A DNA stretch of 63,444 nucleotides, filler included, from Phoronis australis (GCA_002633005.1; 7 parts of 7 records of this genome joined end to end with filler, not necessarily neighbours in it), one strand, 5' to 3'; shown: positions 12,701 through 25,027, counted from the first letter of the whole stretch. Program-made: numbers and translations. Notes: generated by a model from the sequence alone, not told the origin.

Positions 12701-14929
12701 ATGCAACATTCTGACCCATTTCCAATATGGCGGCGTTGCAACTCCGCTATTGAGACACTGAGTACACTTGCTATTTATCTCGCGAAGGGGGCCACATTTG
12801 TTTTACCATAAGCCCCTCAAATGAAATTGCTGTTCATGTTACGTCCAGCATTGCTTTTGTTTTTGTTTTCATCGCTGAAGAATTCACAATAAACTGTCCC
12901 ATTGTAATTTAACCTGATTTTATCTTCAAGCGAACGCACCTGTTTTGTCTGCAATCACGAGCAATGGTATTGCCGCCCTGAAAATAAAATATGTGTAATA
13001 CTTGCAGAGATACAAATGTTGTCAGTGTGGTAAGTGAACATGTTCATGGTGATGACTGCATCACATTGCAGTTTCTAGGATCTAGCCACGTAGATTGCAG
13101 TCAGTGGAATGGGGGAAACTAGTGGAATAACAGTGGAGGTGGAGCTCTGAGACAGTTCAACCCAACCGTGGCATACACTTAAGAGGAACACATGAAAATG
13201 AGGATTCCCAGTCTCCTCCAGCCTCCCCACCTCCAAAATTCAAGTTTGTGATTTAATGTCTAATTGTGCGTTCGTGCGTGCGTGTGTGCATATCTGTTGT
13301 CGGTATTGGTTGTCTCGGTTACAGGAGCTTAACCAAGCGCCTGTTACATTGGCAGACGGGTACGCTAGCACAGTCCAATGTCAGTTCGTTTACGTGGAAA
13401 GAAGACCAGGCAAGCGTTTGTTTTAAGTCAGTTGAACTGAAATAAGAATTAGAGGGTTTATTATTAGGGTTTGACTAGCGGTCTAGTGCTAGACAAGCAA
13501 CAGGGTTACAATTAGAATACAAGTGGAACATAATTTGACCCACATTTTTCAAGTCAAACTGGAAAAATAGGGCGTGTTCCTTTCAAAACGAAATAGATCG
13601 ATTCACGTATTCCGTTGGCAACATTTACCCAGCGACAAGTGTGTATTTTCGACAACAAACCTGGTGTGGTTGCCCACCGTAAATTAGGTTGGCATGGCGG
13701 TTTGTGTGCGAGAAATTTGGTTGCAGGATCCTGCTCTATGTCTCAATGATTGTGAGATTCGATTAGAACTAATTTGAATACGACATGGGGTCAAGGAGCA
13801 TGCATAAACGCCATTTTAAAATGATCGCTTGTAGATTTTTACGTGGCAGTATTAAACGCCATTAGGAGTGTGAATGTTTGTGAAAGTCACATGAATAGGG
13901 CAGAGGTCGGTTACTTTACAATCAGGACACTTTTATTACATTGATTCTTAAATATTGCCGAAATGCCTTTGAAAACATTTGGTTTAAAAAATTCTCAAGG
14001 ACAGACACCAACTACAAGAACTTTTGGCTTCACTATGGTCGAGTGTCTCAGAAAGTGTGAGTGGAATGTTCCAAACGTTCAAGCACCAGATTTTTAGGCA
14101 TCCCACATCTCAGTGTTAGATAAAGTTTAAGAAAAATCCAAAGAAGTGGCATCTCTGTGTACTCACTTGACGTAATACACGGGTTTCCCTGGCACCTTGT
14201 TATCGATTTTCACCCATTCAATCCTGTGGGCTGCGACTCCTGTAACAGTCACAAGAACGCGTTCACGGCAACACGTACACTTGCACGATTGGATACAAAA
14301 ATGTTGTATCACCGGTTGTTGATGGCAAGGACAGACGTTTCAAAACCCGCCCTATAGACTGAAACTCGAGCATTTCCACAACGCTTCTAGATCGCCGGTT
14401 TAACAGTTACATATTCGCACGCTTCTGTGTTGCTATTGAACTTACTGGTACAGTGCAACAAGACGGGAGATTTTTGGCGCATTCACCGTCCTGTTGTACA
14501 GTGGCTGGTGGAGGGGAGTGTTCAAGGTTCGATTACGCGCTGAGGCTGATCTCATAAAATAACTTTTCTCGCCATTAGTACCCTTTAAAAGAGAAGATAA
14601 CTAGCAGGACGCAGAAGTCCTACTTACCAACTTCGTGGTTGCAGTAACTCAACCAGAGTATACAGATAACAGCGAAGTTCAACATTATACATTTAAAAAA
14701 TCTTTTCAACAGCAATGATGTGGCGATGACATACAATGAATCGCAAATGTAAGGAATCTGTCGTTTGTGACGTAACGCTGTCTTTTCTCGCATCCTCATA
14801 CTTGAAAGCGAATAAAAATCTGTTTAAAATACATGTTAACAGGTATAACACACCATTGAAAATAAAGAAAACTGCAATAGTAAACGTCAGTATTGAATCT
14901 GAAAAACATGCAACAATTAGTTTAAAATG

Positions 14930-15225
14930 CCATTGTTTCGACACCTGATAAAGTTGACAATGCAGAAGCTGGTAAAATATTTATTAAAAGACACAATCTT
15001 TCGACCCTAATTGGTGCGTCGCTTCGTCAGGTATTGATAAAAAATGTCGCGAAAGGCTTTCTTGTATCAACCTGTTCAAATCTACAAAGAGAGAAATTGA
15101 AAAATGGAAAGGAAGTGGGAATGGCTAGTGTGGCCCATGTCGCCGTTCTTGTTGGTGTTGAAGAACAAAATCATTGAGATTTCTTTAATTCTCCATGGTG
15201 TGTGTGTTGATAAGATCCTCCATAA
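14930..15225 (-). mobile_element. Possible Penelope-like element 3' remnant with a degenerate hammerhead-like core
   Basis: Minus strand encodes WRIKEISMI...NKNGDMG, resembling the PLE endonuclease C-terminus, followed by CTGACGA-AGC-GAC...GTC-GAAA (15030-14998). Confidence 0.45.
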
Positions 15226-15429
15226 ACATACAGCAAAAATCGAACATCTAACTACAACTTACTTTTGTAAGCAATCAGATTAGGTTCAGTAGCAAAACTT
15301 CATCAGAACACAACCTGGTCCGAGTTAAGCAAAATTCCCTCGTGTTTACTTCCTCACAGCGTCGCTTTTCCTCTTTTGATATTTCGTTGCACTTGCTGGA
15401 CTTCGACGGTTTCGCAGGATCAACTACAA

Positions 15430-15740
15430 TCTTTCACAGTGCTACGAAAGGTAGCACTGTTGAATGTTGATTATCTTGGCTACTCATTGCTTAAAGTAAT
15501 GAAATCGACGTCATAACATTCAGTCATTCTTATTAGTTGAAATCTGGGAAACCCTTTCTCAGTTTACTGTTACGTATAGTATGGCGACCACATTTGACTT
15601 GAACAGTTGCAATTTATTATAACGGGCAGTTATCAAAGTAAACAAAACCAAGAGAACCCCGATCCCGTGGCTGAGTCCAAACAAGTACAGTACATAGAAG
15701 GCGTGTGCTAGTGATAGCCATGTGATCGATAAACTTCCGT
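15430..15740 (+). repeat. ~300-bp dispersed direct repeat, copy 1 (copy 2 at ~17885-18187)
   Basis: Both copies begin ctttca(c/t)agt(g/a)ctacgaaaggtagcactgt and share gacgtcataacattcagtc, cagtttactgttacgt and agtccaaacaagtacag. Confidence 0.9.
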
Positions 15741-16464
15741 GTGTCGTTCAGGAGGCACTGAACAGTTCTCATAGGGATTTGCCTATCAGAACACACGTCA
15801 ATGGACTCTTCACCCTTTCTTTACTCTGTCAAAAACTGCATTCAAATAAAGAAAAGTTTTGAGTCATTTCACATCACACTGAAGCCCTACAGATGAGCAC
15901 AGAAACTTTGTACTCTTGTATTTTTGACCCTTTCACTCCCAGTAGAAACCAAGCTGAACTAAGAAAAATAAGGGCAAAAAAATGCAAAATCGGCACTTTT
16001 CACCCTAAAATCACCACCCCTGCCGATGCTCGTCTAAAGCCAACATGAGATTGCGAAAGCAAATTTCCCACCGATTCCAAAAATTTGGTACAAAAGTACT
16101 GTCAACCAACTAGTTTTTTGCAAATATGGGTTGTTTGAGGGCTACCGGAAATCGCGGCCAATTTCTCAGTGGCTACACAGCAATGCACAATTGCAACAGG
16201 GGGCCACCATCTTGAAGAAGAGTGCAGTTTCAGCCGAGAAAGTGGCCTTTTTTCATTCTCAGCATGTTTACAAATACATTAACTGAGCCTACATGCAATG
16301 CCCACCTACAAAATGTCCCCAAACTTGGCCTACCCCAAAATTTTAGTATTTTGGAGTGCAAATTGGCCGCGGCCGCAGCCTACCTATTCAGTGCCACCTC
16401 ATCATGTTTCCACAGCAACACTTTTCATAGGTGGCGCTGTGTCAGAGGGTAAGGCCCGACATCT

Positions 16465-16618
16465 GCCTCCCTTTCAGTAACGCTGGGACCTCGCTAAAAA
16501 GCAAGACTTCGCGAGATTACGTGAGATACTGCCGTGTATTTTAAATGAGAACACGTCGTGACTTTGACTAAGTTTTAGCTAGGTCCTAGCGTAGGTCCTA
16601 GCGTCTACTGAACGCAGG
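16465..16618. mobile_element. ~155-bp MITE-like repeat; inverted copy at ~21780-21935
   Basis: Near-identical reverse-complement copies (gacttcgcgagattacgtgagata, ttttagctaggtcctagcgtaggtcctagc). Ends carry short inverted ttcagta/tactgaa motifs. Confidence 0.85.
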
Positions 16619-17027
16619 CCAGGGCCCGGTCTCCAATCTTTTTACTCGAAATGGAACTCGAAATTAGATTTGGCATTTTCTACTCTACTTTTGGGCGAAC
16701 TCAAGATAAGTGTCTATTATTCTATGCTCGAGTACACAATAACTTACGTAGATAATTTATTGCCCTTAGTTCACAGTTTGTAAACCCAATATTAAAGCAA
16801 TAAGTTCGAGTTTGAACTCAAAATTTCGAATTTTTACTCGAGTTTGTACCACGAATATAAGGGTCTTCAAGGGCAAACTTGAACTAGAAACTCCTATGCA
16901 TAAACTATAATGTATTCGAGCACAGTCTGATAACCAATTATCTTAAGTTCTCACAAAAGGAGCAGAGAAATTGCCAAAAATAGTTTCGAGTTCGTTTCGA
17001 GTACAAAGATTAGAGACCGGGCCCTGG
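16619..17027. mobile_element. Foldback MITE, PIF/Harbinger-like
   Basis: ccagggcccggtctc...gagaccgggccctgg termini; imperfect inverted arms extend more than 100 bp (actcgaaatggaactcgaaa / tttcgagttcgtttcgagt); CWG flanks. Confidence 0.85.
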
Positions 17028-17884
17028 TTGCTTTTAAAGACGAAAGGTCCTCACTAAGAACCAATCTGATGTCTTAGCCCGTTGACGCGGCGGAACCGGC
17101 AATGTTAATCAAGTGTTACCATTGTGGATGGTGTGTATTTATGATCAACTGCAAGACGGATTCGAGTCCACTACCCGTTCACAGCCCAGAACTGAAAGCC
17201 AAGCGTATTTAACTGAACAAAGGTCACCGGCTTCGATGTCAGTCAATTTCATATCGTGTGAATCCAACGTCGGTAATCGACGACTTCTAATCAAAAATCG
17301 CAAAAACAACAGATTGTGATGTTCTATACTAGTAACTCAGGTCATACTTAATAATTTCAAGAAGTCAATTCAATTATAATCCCCAAAAGTTTGATTTTTT
17401 GTCGTAAAACCGATTGAATTCCCTTTTCCATTGCTTGCCCAACGAAATGGACATTTGTCAGGGAGTGTCACAGAAGTTCCCGAACAAAAACCTAGCCCAT
17501 TCGGAACATCTCAGATATTTTCGTAGCTGAAATTAACCCTCGTAGATGTTCCATATCTGCGCATGTGCAGACTTCAATCACAACAGCAAGTCGTGTGACT
17601 CTCAAAACAGAAAATGCAGTTGAATGCGTTAATTGCGATTCCGCTGTCAAGAAAGGTTTAAACAGGATTTAATGGTACATCAGGAAGTAAACTAAGAGTT
17701 CGGATTGCCCGTCGGGTGCGACTTTTGAGACTTACTTGAAAAAAAGCCATGATTTTAGCCATCCTTTCACTAAACCCATTTCCTTTAATGATGTTCGCAC
17801 ATGCGCAACTATGAAACACCTCCGAGGAATGATTTGAGTCAACGGAAATATCCGAGGTCTCGGTGTTCCGATGGCACGTACACT

Positions 17885-18187
17885 CTTTCATAGTACTACG
17901 AAAGGTAGCACTGTGGAATTGTTGTTTAACATGACTTCTCATTGGTTAAAGTAACGAAACCGACGTCATAACATTCAGTCGTTCCCATTGGTTGAAATCT
18001 GGCAAACCCCTTTCAGTTTACTGTTACGTCTTTGATTTGAATAGTTGCAATTTGTTAAAACGGCAGTGATTGAAGTAAACGAAATCAAGGGAACCCCGAT
18101 CCAATGGTTTAAGTCCAAACAAGTACAGCGCATACACGTAAAGGTGTGTGTAAGTGGTGGCGATGTGATCGGTATACATGTACTTCC
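17885..18187 (+). repeat. ~300-bp dispersed direct repeat, copy 2
   Basis: Colinear with 15430-15740 up to the gap. Confidence 0.9.
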
Positions 18188-18562
18188 NNNNNNNNNNNNN
18201 NNNNNNNNNNNNNNNNNNNNNNNNNNNNNNNTTAATTAATTAANNNNNNNNNNNNNNNNNNNNNNNNNNNNNNNNNNNNNNNNNNNNGTATACGCAACGA
18301 TGACTCTCAGCTCTATGTTCCTGAGATGAGACGGAATTCGGAATGACCAGAAATGAGGATTACTTTCAAAGAACGGGACTCAAATTCGGATGTAATGTTA
18401 CCTCTACTGAGTCCTGCCAAACTTTCAAATCAGACGTGGTTATGAGTGATTACACTCCTCAGTACATACGCGAACGGGAATATTTAATAAGACGAAATTT
18501 TTTATGTGGTTGTAGTTTTGCGTGTTACTTAAGTTGCTTACATCGCTGTAAATAGGAGCCCA

Positions 18563-18653
18563 CTATTCGGGAGGTTCACTATTTGCAAGGTTCAATATTC
18601 CTAAGGTTTACTACTTCGAAGGTTCACTACTCCGAAGGTTCACTACTCCGAAA
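18563..18653 (+). repeat. 16-bp tandem repeat (AGGTTCACTACTCCGA)n, about 5 copies
   Basis: Directly visible and degenerating towards the left; resembles the subterminal repeats of DNA transposons. Confidence 0.85.
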
Positions 18654-19249
18654 ATATCTAAGATTTCGGACTGAAATTTTTATACTCAGTGCAAAAATAA
18701 ACGATACTTCAATTATTGAGTAGTGTACCTAAACAACGCCCAGATTTAATGCACATGCGAAATTTGCCTGCATGTCTTACGAATATGGAAAAATGAGTAC
18801 CTATTTGCATTTTGTAAAGAATATGAAGTAGGGATGTTAATAAATTATCAACCACGGCACGATATATTCATCGAATTCATGTCGAGATCGCATCATTTCA
18901 CAATTAAAGCGACTTAAAAGTTCAGGGCCGCGACTCAACCTCATCCACCAGAACCACGCGAACTGGGAGTCGAAACTAAATGTTGTTAGCAGGCTATCCT
19001 TTCCCTACCATTCTTCACGAATCCAAAGAGCCCTATTCAGTATTCTTAAATTTAAAACTGCCGTTGGTCGTCGCAGCCTTGACCGGCGGGCCCCAGATGT
19101 TGTCCCAGCTTGATACAGATAATGAGTCGTTATTTAGATTCAATAATCACGATGGTCAGTGATGGGAACTGAGCTCATTTGCAATCAATGTTTTATTAAC
19201 TTTTCAACTCGTGTATACCCTTTATGGTTACTAAATGGACACAAATACA

Positions 19250-22200
19250 ACGATGGCCTTCCCCATTGTCAAGTCTGATGGTGTGTTCGTAAGAATTTGT
19301 GGTGACTACAAGACAACGGTTGTCAGTCTTGCGTCTAAGCAAGACCATATTTACCCGATTCCTAGAATCCGGGACCTATTTTCTGCTGTCTCTGGCGATG
19401 TAAAATTTACTAAGCTCGACTTCTCAGTTCTCATGAGCTTATCAGTAGATTTGTTTGGACCAGGAATCCAAATCTCTCGCAACTATTAACACTCATATAG
19501 GTCTGTTTCGTTCGACCAGATTGCCGTTTGGTATCAATTCGGTAGCAAGTATTTTCCAGCGTGCCATATGGAGAATCTTGTGTCAGGCATTCCGTTGACA
19601 GTAGTGTACCAGGAAGACATTCTCATTAGCGCCAAGAATGATCGATTGTAATCATCTGCGTAATCTCGAGTGTGTTTTGTGTAGGTCGCGTGAAGCGGGT
19701 ACATGTATGAGACTCCTGCGTGACAAGTGTTTTCGTCGAAAGAGGTCACTTACCTTGGACACGTACTGCATCAACTCTGGGCATTCATACATTGCCGTAG
19801 AAAACCTGTGCGATTGTTGAGGCACCAACACCCAATAACGTTTCCGAGTTACAATCATTCCTCGGTATGTTGAATTATTACTCTCAGTTTGTGCCTGATC
19901 ATGCTACTCGATCTGCTGGCACCATTGTATCGTCTTCTTCGGAAGGTTGCGCCGTGACAGTGGGGAGACGCTGAGAATCAGTCGTTTGTGGACGCGAAGC
20001 AAGCTCTTGTGTCTCCGCCCATATGCTCGCTCATTTCCAAGTAGACGAGGATCTAGTTCTTGTGTGTGATGCTTCACCTCATGGAGCAGGGCTCGACGTT
20101 ATTAAAATCGCCAGGTCGCATTTTGCAACCTAGCCAAAATCCCAGGTCGCATTTTCAAAATCCAGCTCGCATTCGTAAATGCCAGGTCGCAAAATTTTCC
20201 CGCCATTTTTACGCGCCAAAATAGATTTTTTAGATCATCGAGAAATTGCTCTTACTTGCAGCGTTAAATACTCACAAATTTCGGATCTCAAAATTGNGAC
20301 TTGATACGAGCTGACAAAAATCTCAGCTCGCATTTCCAAATTTCAGGTCGCAAATGCGACCTGCAGCTCGTTATGTCGAGCCCTGTGGAGTAGGTGCTAT
20401 GCTGTCACACAAGTTCCCTGATGGCCAGGAGAAGTATTTTGCGTTCGCCTCGCGAACTTTGTCGTCCTCTGAGCGAAACTATTCGCAGATGGACAAGGAG
20501 GCGCTTGCCGTGTTATTTGGTGTTAAGTACTTTAACCAGTACCTGTACATGTATGCTCGTAACTTTGTGATATATACAAATCACAAACCTTTATTGGGTC
20601 TGCTCCTGGAGAGTAAACCCATGCCGGAGATTACTACTCCCCGTATGCAGCGTTGGGCGATCACTTGGTCTGCATACATGTACAGCAATCGCTTGTTGTA
20701 ATTCCTGGGAAATCGAATTCCTCTGACACTGGTTGTTTGAGTCGTTTACCGCTGACCGCTGCCTGACCCGCACCCCGGCCAACCCGCGATCGAGAACGAC
20801 CGAAAGGCGATCGAGAACGAGACCTTGCACCAAAATGGCAGACGACAGTCACGTACCCGGTGAGTTTAAGTGTCATTTTCTGCTTAAATAGAGGCCACTT
20901 TGGTACGAATGTTACACACAGAAAAGCATCAGAGTGAAACCTTTGTTGTGGATCAGAAATAATACGTTTGCTTATTTTTTTTTTAAAATAAAGAGCTCAG
21001 AAAGCAATGGCTTTTGGTAAAATGCCTTGCGCCTCGTAAAATCGACAATTTCTACTTCTAGTGTTATTAGCAATTCCAGGGTTCTCAAGAAGAGACGTGT
21101 GACGTTTGTAGTTTAATCGTCCCTGGTGACACCTTTGTTAGTTATGATTTGTGAAACAATTAGAGATATTTACCAATACAAGCAGGTCCTTGTGTGAGAC
21201 GGCGATCGGGAACGATGTCGTTAATTCTCTATGGCGATGGTGAACGCAAGAAAAGCGATCGCGAACGTACATTTTTTCTCTGAATTGGCCTGAATAGTCT
21301 TTCAAGTTACGGTATTATGTCAATAATTTTAGAATAATACGGAGCCTGAATTAGTTGATGGGTTAATCATTAAATTACATTTCATCGTTTTTTCATTATT
21401 TCCAAGTGAGATTTAGTTTAACAAACATAACTGAATGCGTTTGATTTTTTCAATTGAACTGTAGCCACACGGCGAGTCCTTCAGGGTGTTAACGTCCACG
21501 CCTTCAAAAAAGAGTAGTACAACTGCTGTATGTCACAACAAGGTGTGTGTGTGCTGTGGAGTCTCGTTCAGGAACTAAGAAATCGACTTAGTATGACCAC
21601 ATGGCAATAAAATACAGTGACACTACAACAAAGCAAGACCTTTACCAGCCATGTGATTGACGCGTTGCACGGGTCAAGATTTTTTTACCCCATAGTAAAA
21701 CACAGCATGAAGCATCGTGCTCAGGAACCAAGTCGTTTCAGTGTCCTATCTGTGTTCAATGTTTCACGGAAAGAGTAAGCCTGGCGTGCGTTCAGTAGAA
21801 GCTAGGACCTACGCTAGGACCTAGCTAAAACCTAGTCAAAGTCACGTGCTCTCATTTAAAATGCAAGGCAATATCTCACGTAATCTCGCGAAGTCTTGGT
21901 TTTTAGCGATGTCCCAGCGTTACTGAACGGGAGGTGGATGTGACACTGCGTCAAAGCAGGAGGACACTCCTTTTTGTGGTGAATGTGGCATGTCATGCAA
22001 ACAGAATGCCTCCTTCTACAGGCATAGCAAGCAGAAACGTCATGAATGAAAACATTAAGTCTAGTGCTGAAGGTTATTTTAATAACTTAAAAGTCACTAT
22101 AGTTTATTCAGATTTACAAAGTCTGTGGTTGGTACTTGTCTGATGTGATAGTATTTTGACGTTTTGTTTTGAAGCTTTTTTCCTCATGTTTCTTTCTATA

Positions 22201-22870
22201 TTTGTGTTATTTCAAAAGAATCTTTAACAGAACCAGTACAGTTTTGTAATGTTTAGGTAGATCTAAATGGCCATACTAAGTGTCATTGGGCAATACTTAC
22301 ATACAATTGTTCTGACCAATGAGTATTTTGAATGAAAATATATATCTATGATTATTGTAGAAATTGCCTCCATTTTGTAGTTGATTTCCTGTGAGAGATT
22401 GTTATAATCAGTCCTAAATACATTGTGCCGTTATGATAGTCAAGAGTGCTTTAAGGAAGATGTCTGGTGGTGACGTCAACACCAAAGTGTATCGTTTTTG
22501 CTACGCTATCATAACACCCCTCATTCTGTTACGGGCAGATCTCCTGCGGAGTTACTGATGAAGCGTCGTTTGCGTGAGCGTATCGATATGGTGTTTCCAG
22601 GCAATTCCGAATCTTATGGATCGTGTTTTAGACAAACAGGCTAGACAGGACTGTCATGATAAGCATTCGAAATGCCGCATTTTTGCTCGTGGTGATAATG
22701 GTCTTGGCCAAAGCCGCTGGCTCTGGAACTTCGTGGTTGGAGGGAGACATTGTTCGTCCGACAGGACCTGTGTCCTATGAAGTTGTGCTAGTCGATGGGA
22801 GAACTGTTCGTCGGCACGTGTTTCAGGTAATTCAGCGTCATTACCACGTTCGTCCTGAGGATTTCAGTGT
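19250..22870 (+). mobile_element. Decayed Gypsy (Mag/K02A2.6-like) pol: RT, RNase H and integrase C-terminus, with insertions
   Basis: RT: PIVKSDG..VRICGDYK, YPIPRIRDLF, FTKLD, VVYQEDILI. RNase H: CDASPHG|VGAMLSH...FASRTLSSSERNYSQMDKEALAVLFGVK...TNHKPLLGL. Integrase tail at ~22440-22850: LLRYHNTPHSVTGRSPAELLMKRRLR and WLEGDIVRPTGPVSYEVVLVDGRTVRRHV. Many frameshifts; 20760-22440 is unrelated sequence. Confidence 0.92.
20087..20385. mobile_element. hAT-like MITE with 5-bp TSD inserted in the Gypsy RNase H
   Basis: TIR CAGGGCTCGAC...GTCGAGCCCTG; TGGAG duplicated at 20082-20086 and 20386-20390; internal CCAGGTCGCA repeats. Removing the element plus one TSD restores ...PHGVGAM in frame. Confidence 0.92.
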
Positions 22871-23104
22871 GGATTTGTACATGAGACTGCTCGTTCTAAT
22901 GGTTCTGGCGCTGTTGAGAATGCTCAGGAATTGCCGGTGCGAGTATAAGTGCCCCGCCAGACGAGAACTCATCTCAGAGAGTGCCCGACAACCCCACCCT
23001 GCGACGTTCTACTCGTGTGTCGAAGCCGCCTGCTCGGCTGGATTTATAGGTGTTTTAGTGGGCTATTAGATTCATGTTTTAGTAATATTATTAGTGTTAG
23101 AACT

Positions 23105-23211
23105 TTGGGGAGAGCAGTGCTATATACTGTACGAAGGAGCTTCCGGTTTCTGCCATTTTGATGTACACACCTGTTTAGCTTGGTCTCTGAAATGCACTCC
23201 GATATACTACA
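23105..23211 (+). mobile_element. Possible polypurine tract and short 3' LTR of the Gypsy element
   Basis: GGGGAGAGCAG is followed directly by TG at 23118 (tgctatatac...gatatactaca). No 5' LTR was found for comparison. Confidence 0.4.
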
Positions 23212-24118
23212 GTGGACGAAGCGGTAAAATTATTTGATGCTTTCCCTCTCTAAGATGGCTCCAGTTAGCATACAAGGAGTTTCGTAGGCCATAAAATCAA
23301 ATTACTTGAGGTTTAAAGTGAAATTTCTGTATAAACACTTCATAATTAAGGAAACAATCATCGGAATTAAGTAAGTCGTGTACAAGAGTTATCTTTCTTA
23401 GAAACCACTTTATAGAAAACAGGCTTGTTAGAAGTCATTTGAGATATCTTTGTAAAATGGAAATCTCCGAACAATAAATATTTATTTAAAACTCTCGATA
23501 ACAGACAATTTGCGAAAACTGCCCATACACTTGTAGTACTCTGAAAAAGTAGTAAACGAAACCGAGTTAATTAAATGGCTTTCATAGAAGAAGTGACGCC
23601 AATTATTCTGGCTTCACCAACGTTAAACTTTTAAGCCATAGCCTAGCAACAATTTTCCCGTTTCATCGCTCTATCCAAAACAGTAGAACATTTTGTTCAG
23701 CTGCTTCAGGAAGTCCTGTGAAGGGTAAGGGGGGTATGTAAAAAGATATGTACGTCGTGACATAATTATGAATGTCACAACTGTTATTCTTCATGTCTAT
23801 AGCCTTCTATATTTCACCAAGCTTACTATTAAAGTTAATGTGGGGAATTTTATTTAAATATATAGCACATTGCTTTGTCTCTCTGTTTAGCACATGGTCC
23901 CATTTTTCTATTGAATCACCAAAATTAAAGAAATTTAGAACTTTGGTTTTCGCCCTTATAGCCTGTCAATAGCTCAGTACAGTCATTCGTAATCTCGTGA
24001 TTTCGTCATAGCATATTGTTGACGACAGACCGACGATGGTTTTGACTCAAGTTCTTGTCAGAAGATCTCGACATCTAAGGTATACCCTCCTGCCCTCTTG
24101 TTACAACCGCTGAATAAA

Positions 24119-25027
24119 ATGATGTCGGTTGTCGTGATTTGGGTGTTGGTGACAGTGGCTTGCCAGGCAATGGCGCAAGAACTCAAAATATCATTGGAAT
24201 CTAATTCTACAGTGCTCGAATTGAAACAGTTCTTGAATCTTACTTGCAGTGTGATCGTTGACATTGGCAGGACAGGCAAGATGTGGAGAAGAAATGGAAT
24301 AAGTGAATACTTTATACAGAAGAAGCAAGATGAAACAAACGGGTGGCTCAACCTTAACAAAAGACATATGAGCGTTAAAAGTAAACATTTCGAGGATGAC
24401 GAGAACATAAATGTGAAGGCATTTCATTACGGCACTGTTGAAACGTTCATGAGCAGAACAGTGGTTTTAATACGCATTCGCGAAAGCGACGAAGGTTTTT
24501 ATCGCTGCTTGTACAAGCCAACAAGTGACTTGGCACAGGCCTCTCCAACTGTCAAAATTGTTGTCAACAGAAAACCATACAATTTGAATTTAGTCGCAAC
24601 TGATAACCAAATGAATACAGTAAATTCAGATACCGAGAGTGGCGAGAGTTTGGCAACGGGCGTGAACCTGAAATGCACAAGCACGGGCGGGGTACCGTAT
24701 AGCACTCTTGTCATCAAAGCCGGTGACAAGAAATATTGCTCTACTACACTTGTAAAAGTAGCCTGGGAAGGTGAAAAGCCGGGTTATATGGTGTTGCAAA
24801 GACGAGTCTCAACAACAACCACTGAACCTGATCCTTCAGAGCTGAAAGGCAAAATAGTCGTCTGCGAGGCGCGTTATAGAGGTGAGATTGCCATAAGCAC
24901 GACGCGTAAACTTGAATTTGCATCACTGAAAGAAGGGTGCTCGTCACAACTGACAGCTAACATTGCAACTTTGGCTACGATATGTATTATTTCTATGCTT
25001 CCAACAAAGCGTAAAGTTTTTGATTAG
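24119..25027 (+). CDS. Intronless two-Ig-domain secreted or cell-surface protein (302 aa; signal peptide, Ig-V, Ig-C2-like, hydrophobic GPI-like tail)
   Basis: Signal MMSVVVIWVLVTVACQAMA; LNLTC...W...DEGFYRC (V-set signature); second domain VNLKCTSTGGVP...IVVCEARY; hydrophobic C-terminus IATLATICIISML; AATAAA at 25060-25065. Confidence 0.88.
   Translation: MMSVVVIWVLVTVACQAMAQELKISLESNSTVLELKQFLNLTCSVIVDIGRTGKMWRRNGISEYFIQKKQDETNGWLNLNKRHMSVKSKHFEDDENINVKAFHYGTVETFMSRTVVLIRIRESDEGFYRCLYKPTSDLAQASPTVKIVVNRKPYNLNLVATDNQMNTVNSDTESGESLATGVNLKCTSTGGVPYSTLVIKAGDKKYCSTTLVKVAWEGEKPGYMVLQRRVSTTTTEPDPSELKGKIVVCEARYRGEIAISTTRKLEFASLKEGCSSQLTANIATLATICIISMLPTKRKVFD

Noticed and set aside
12266-12811. 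181-aa (+) and 117-aa (-) overlapping ORFs
   Set aside because: No recognisable domain or convincing splice context, and the composition looks non-coding.
16465-21935. Inverted 155-bp copies as TIRs of one 5.5-kb element
   Set aside because: They lie on different contigs across an artificial spacer, and each copy has its own short inverted ends, so they are independent insertions.
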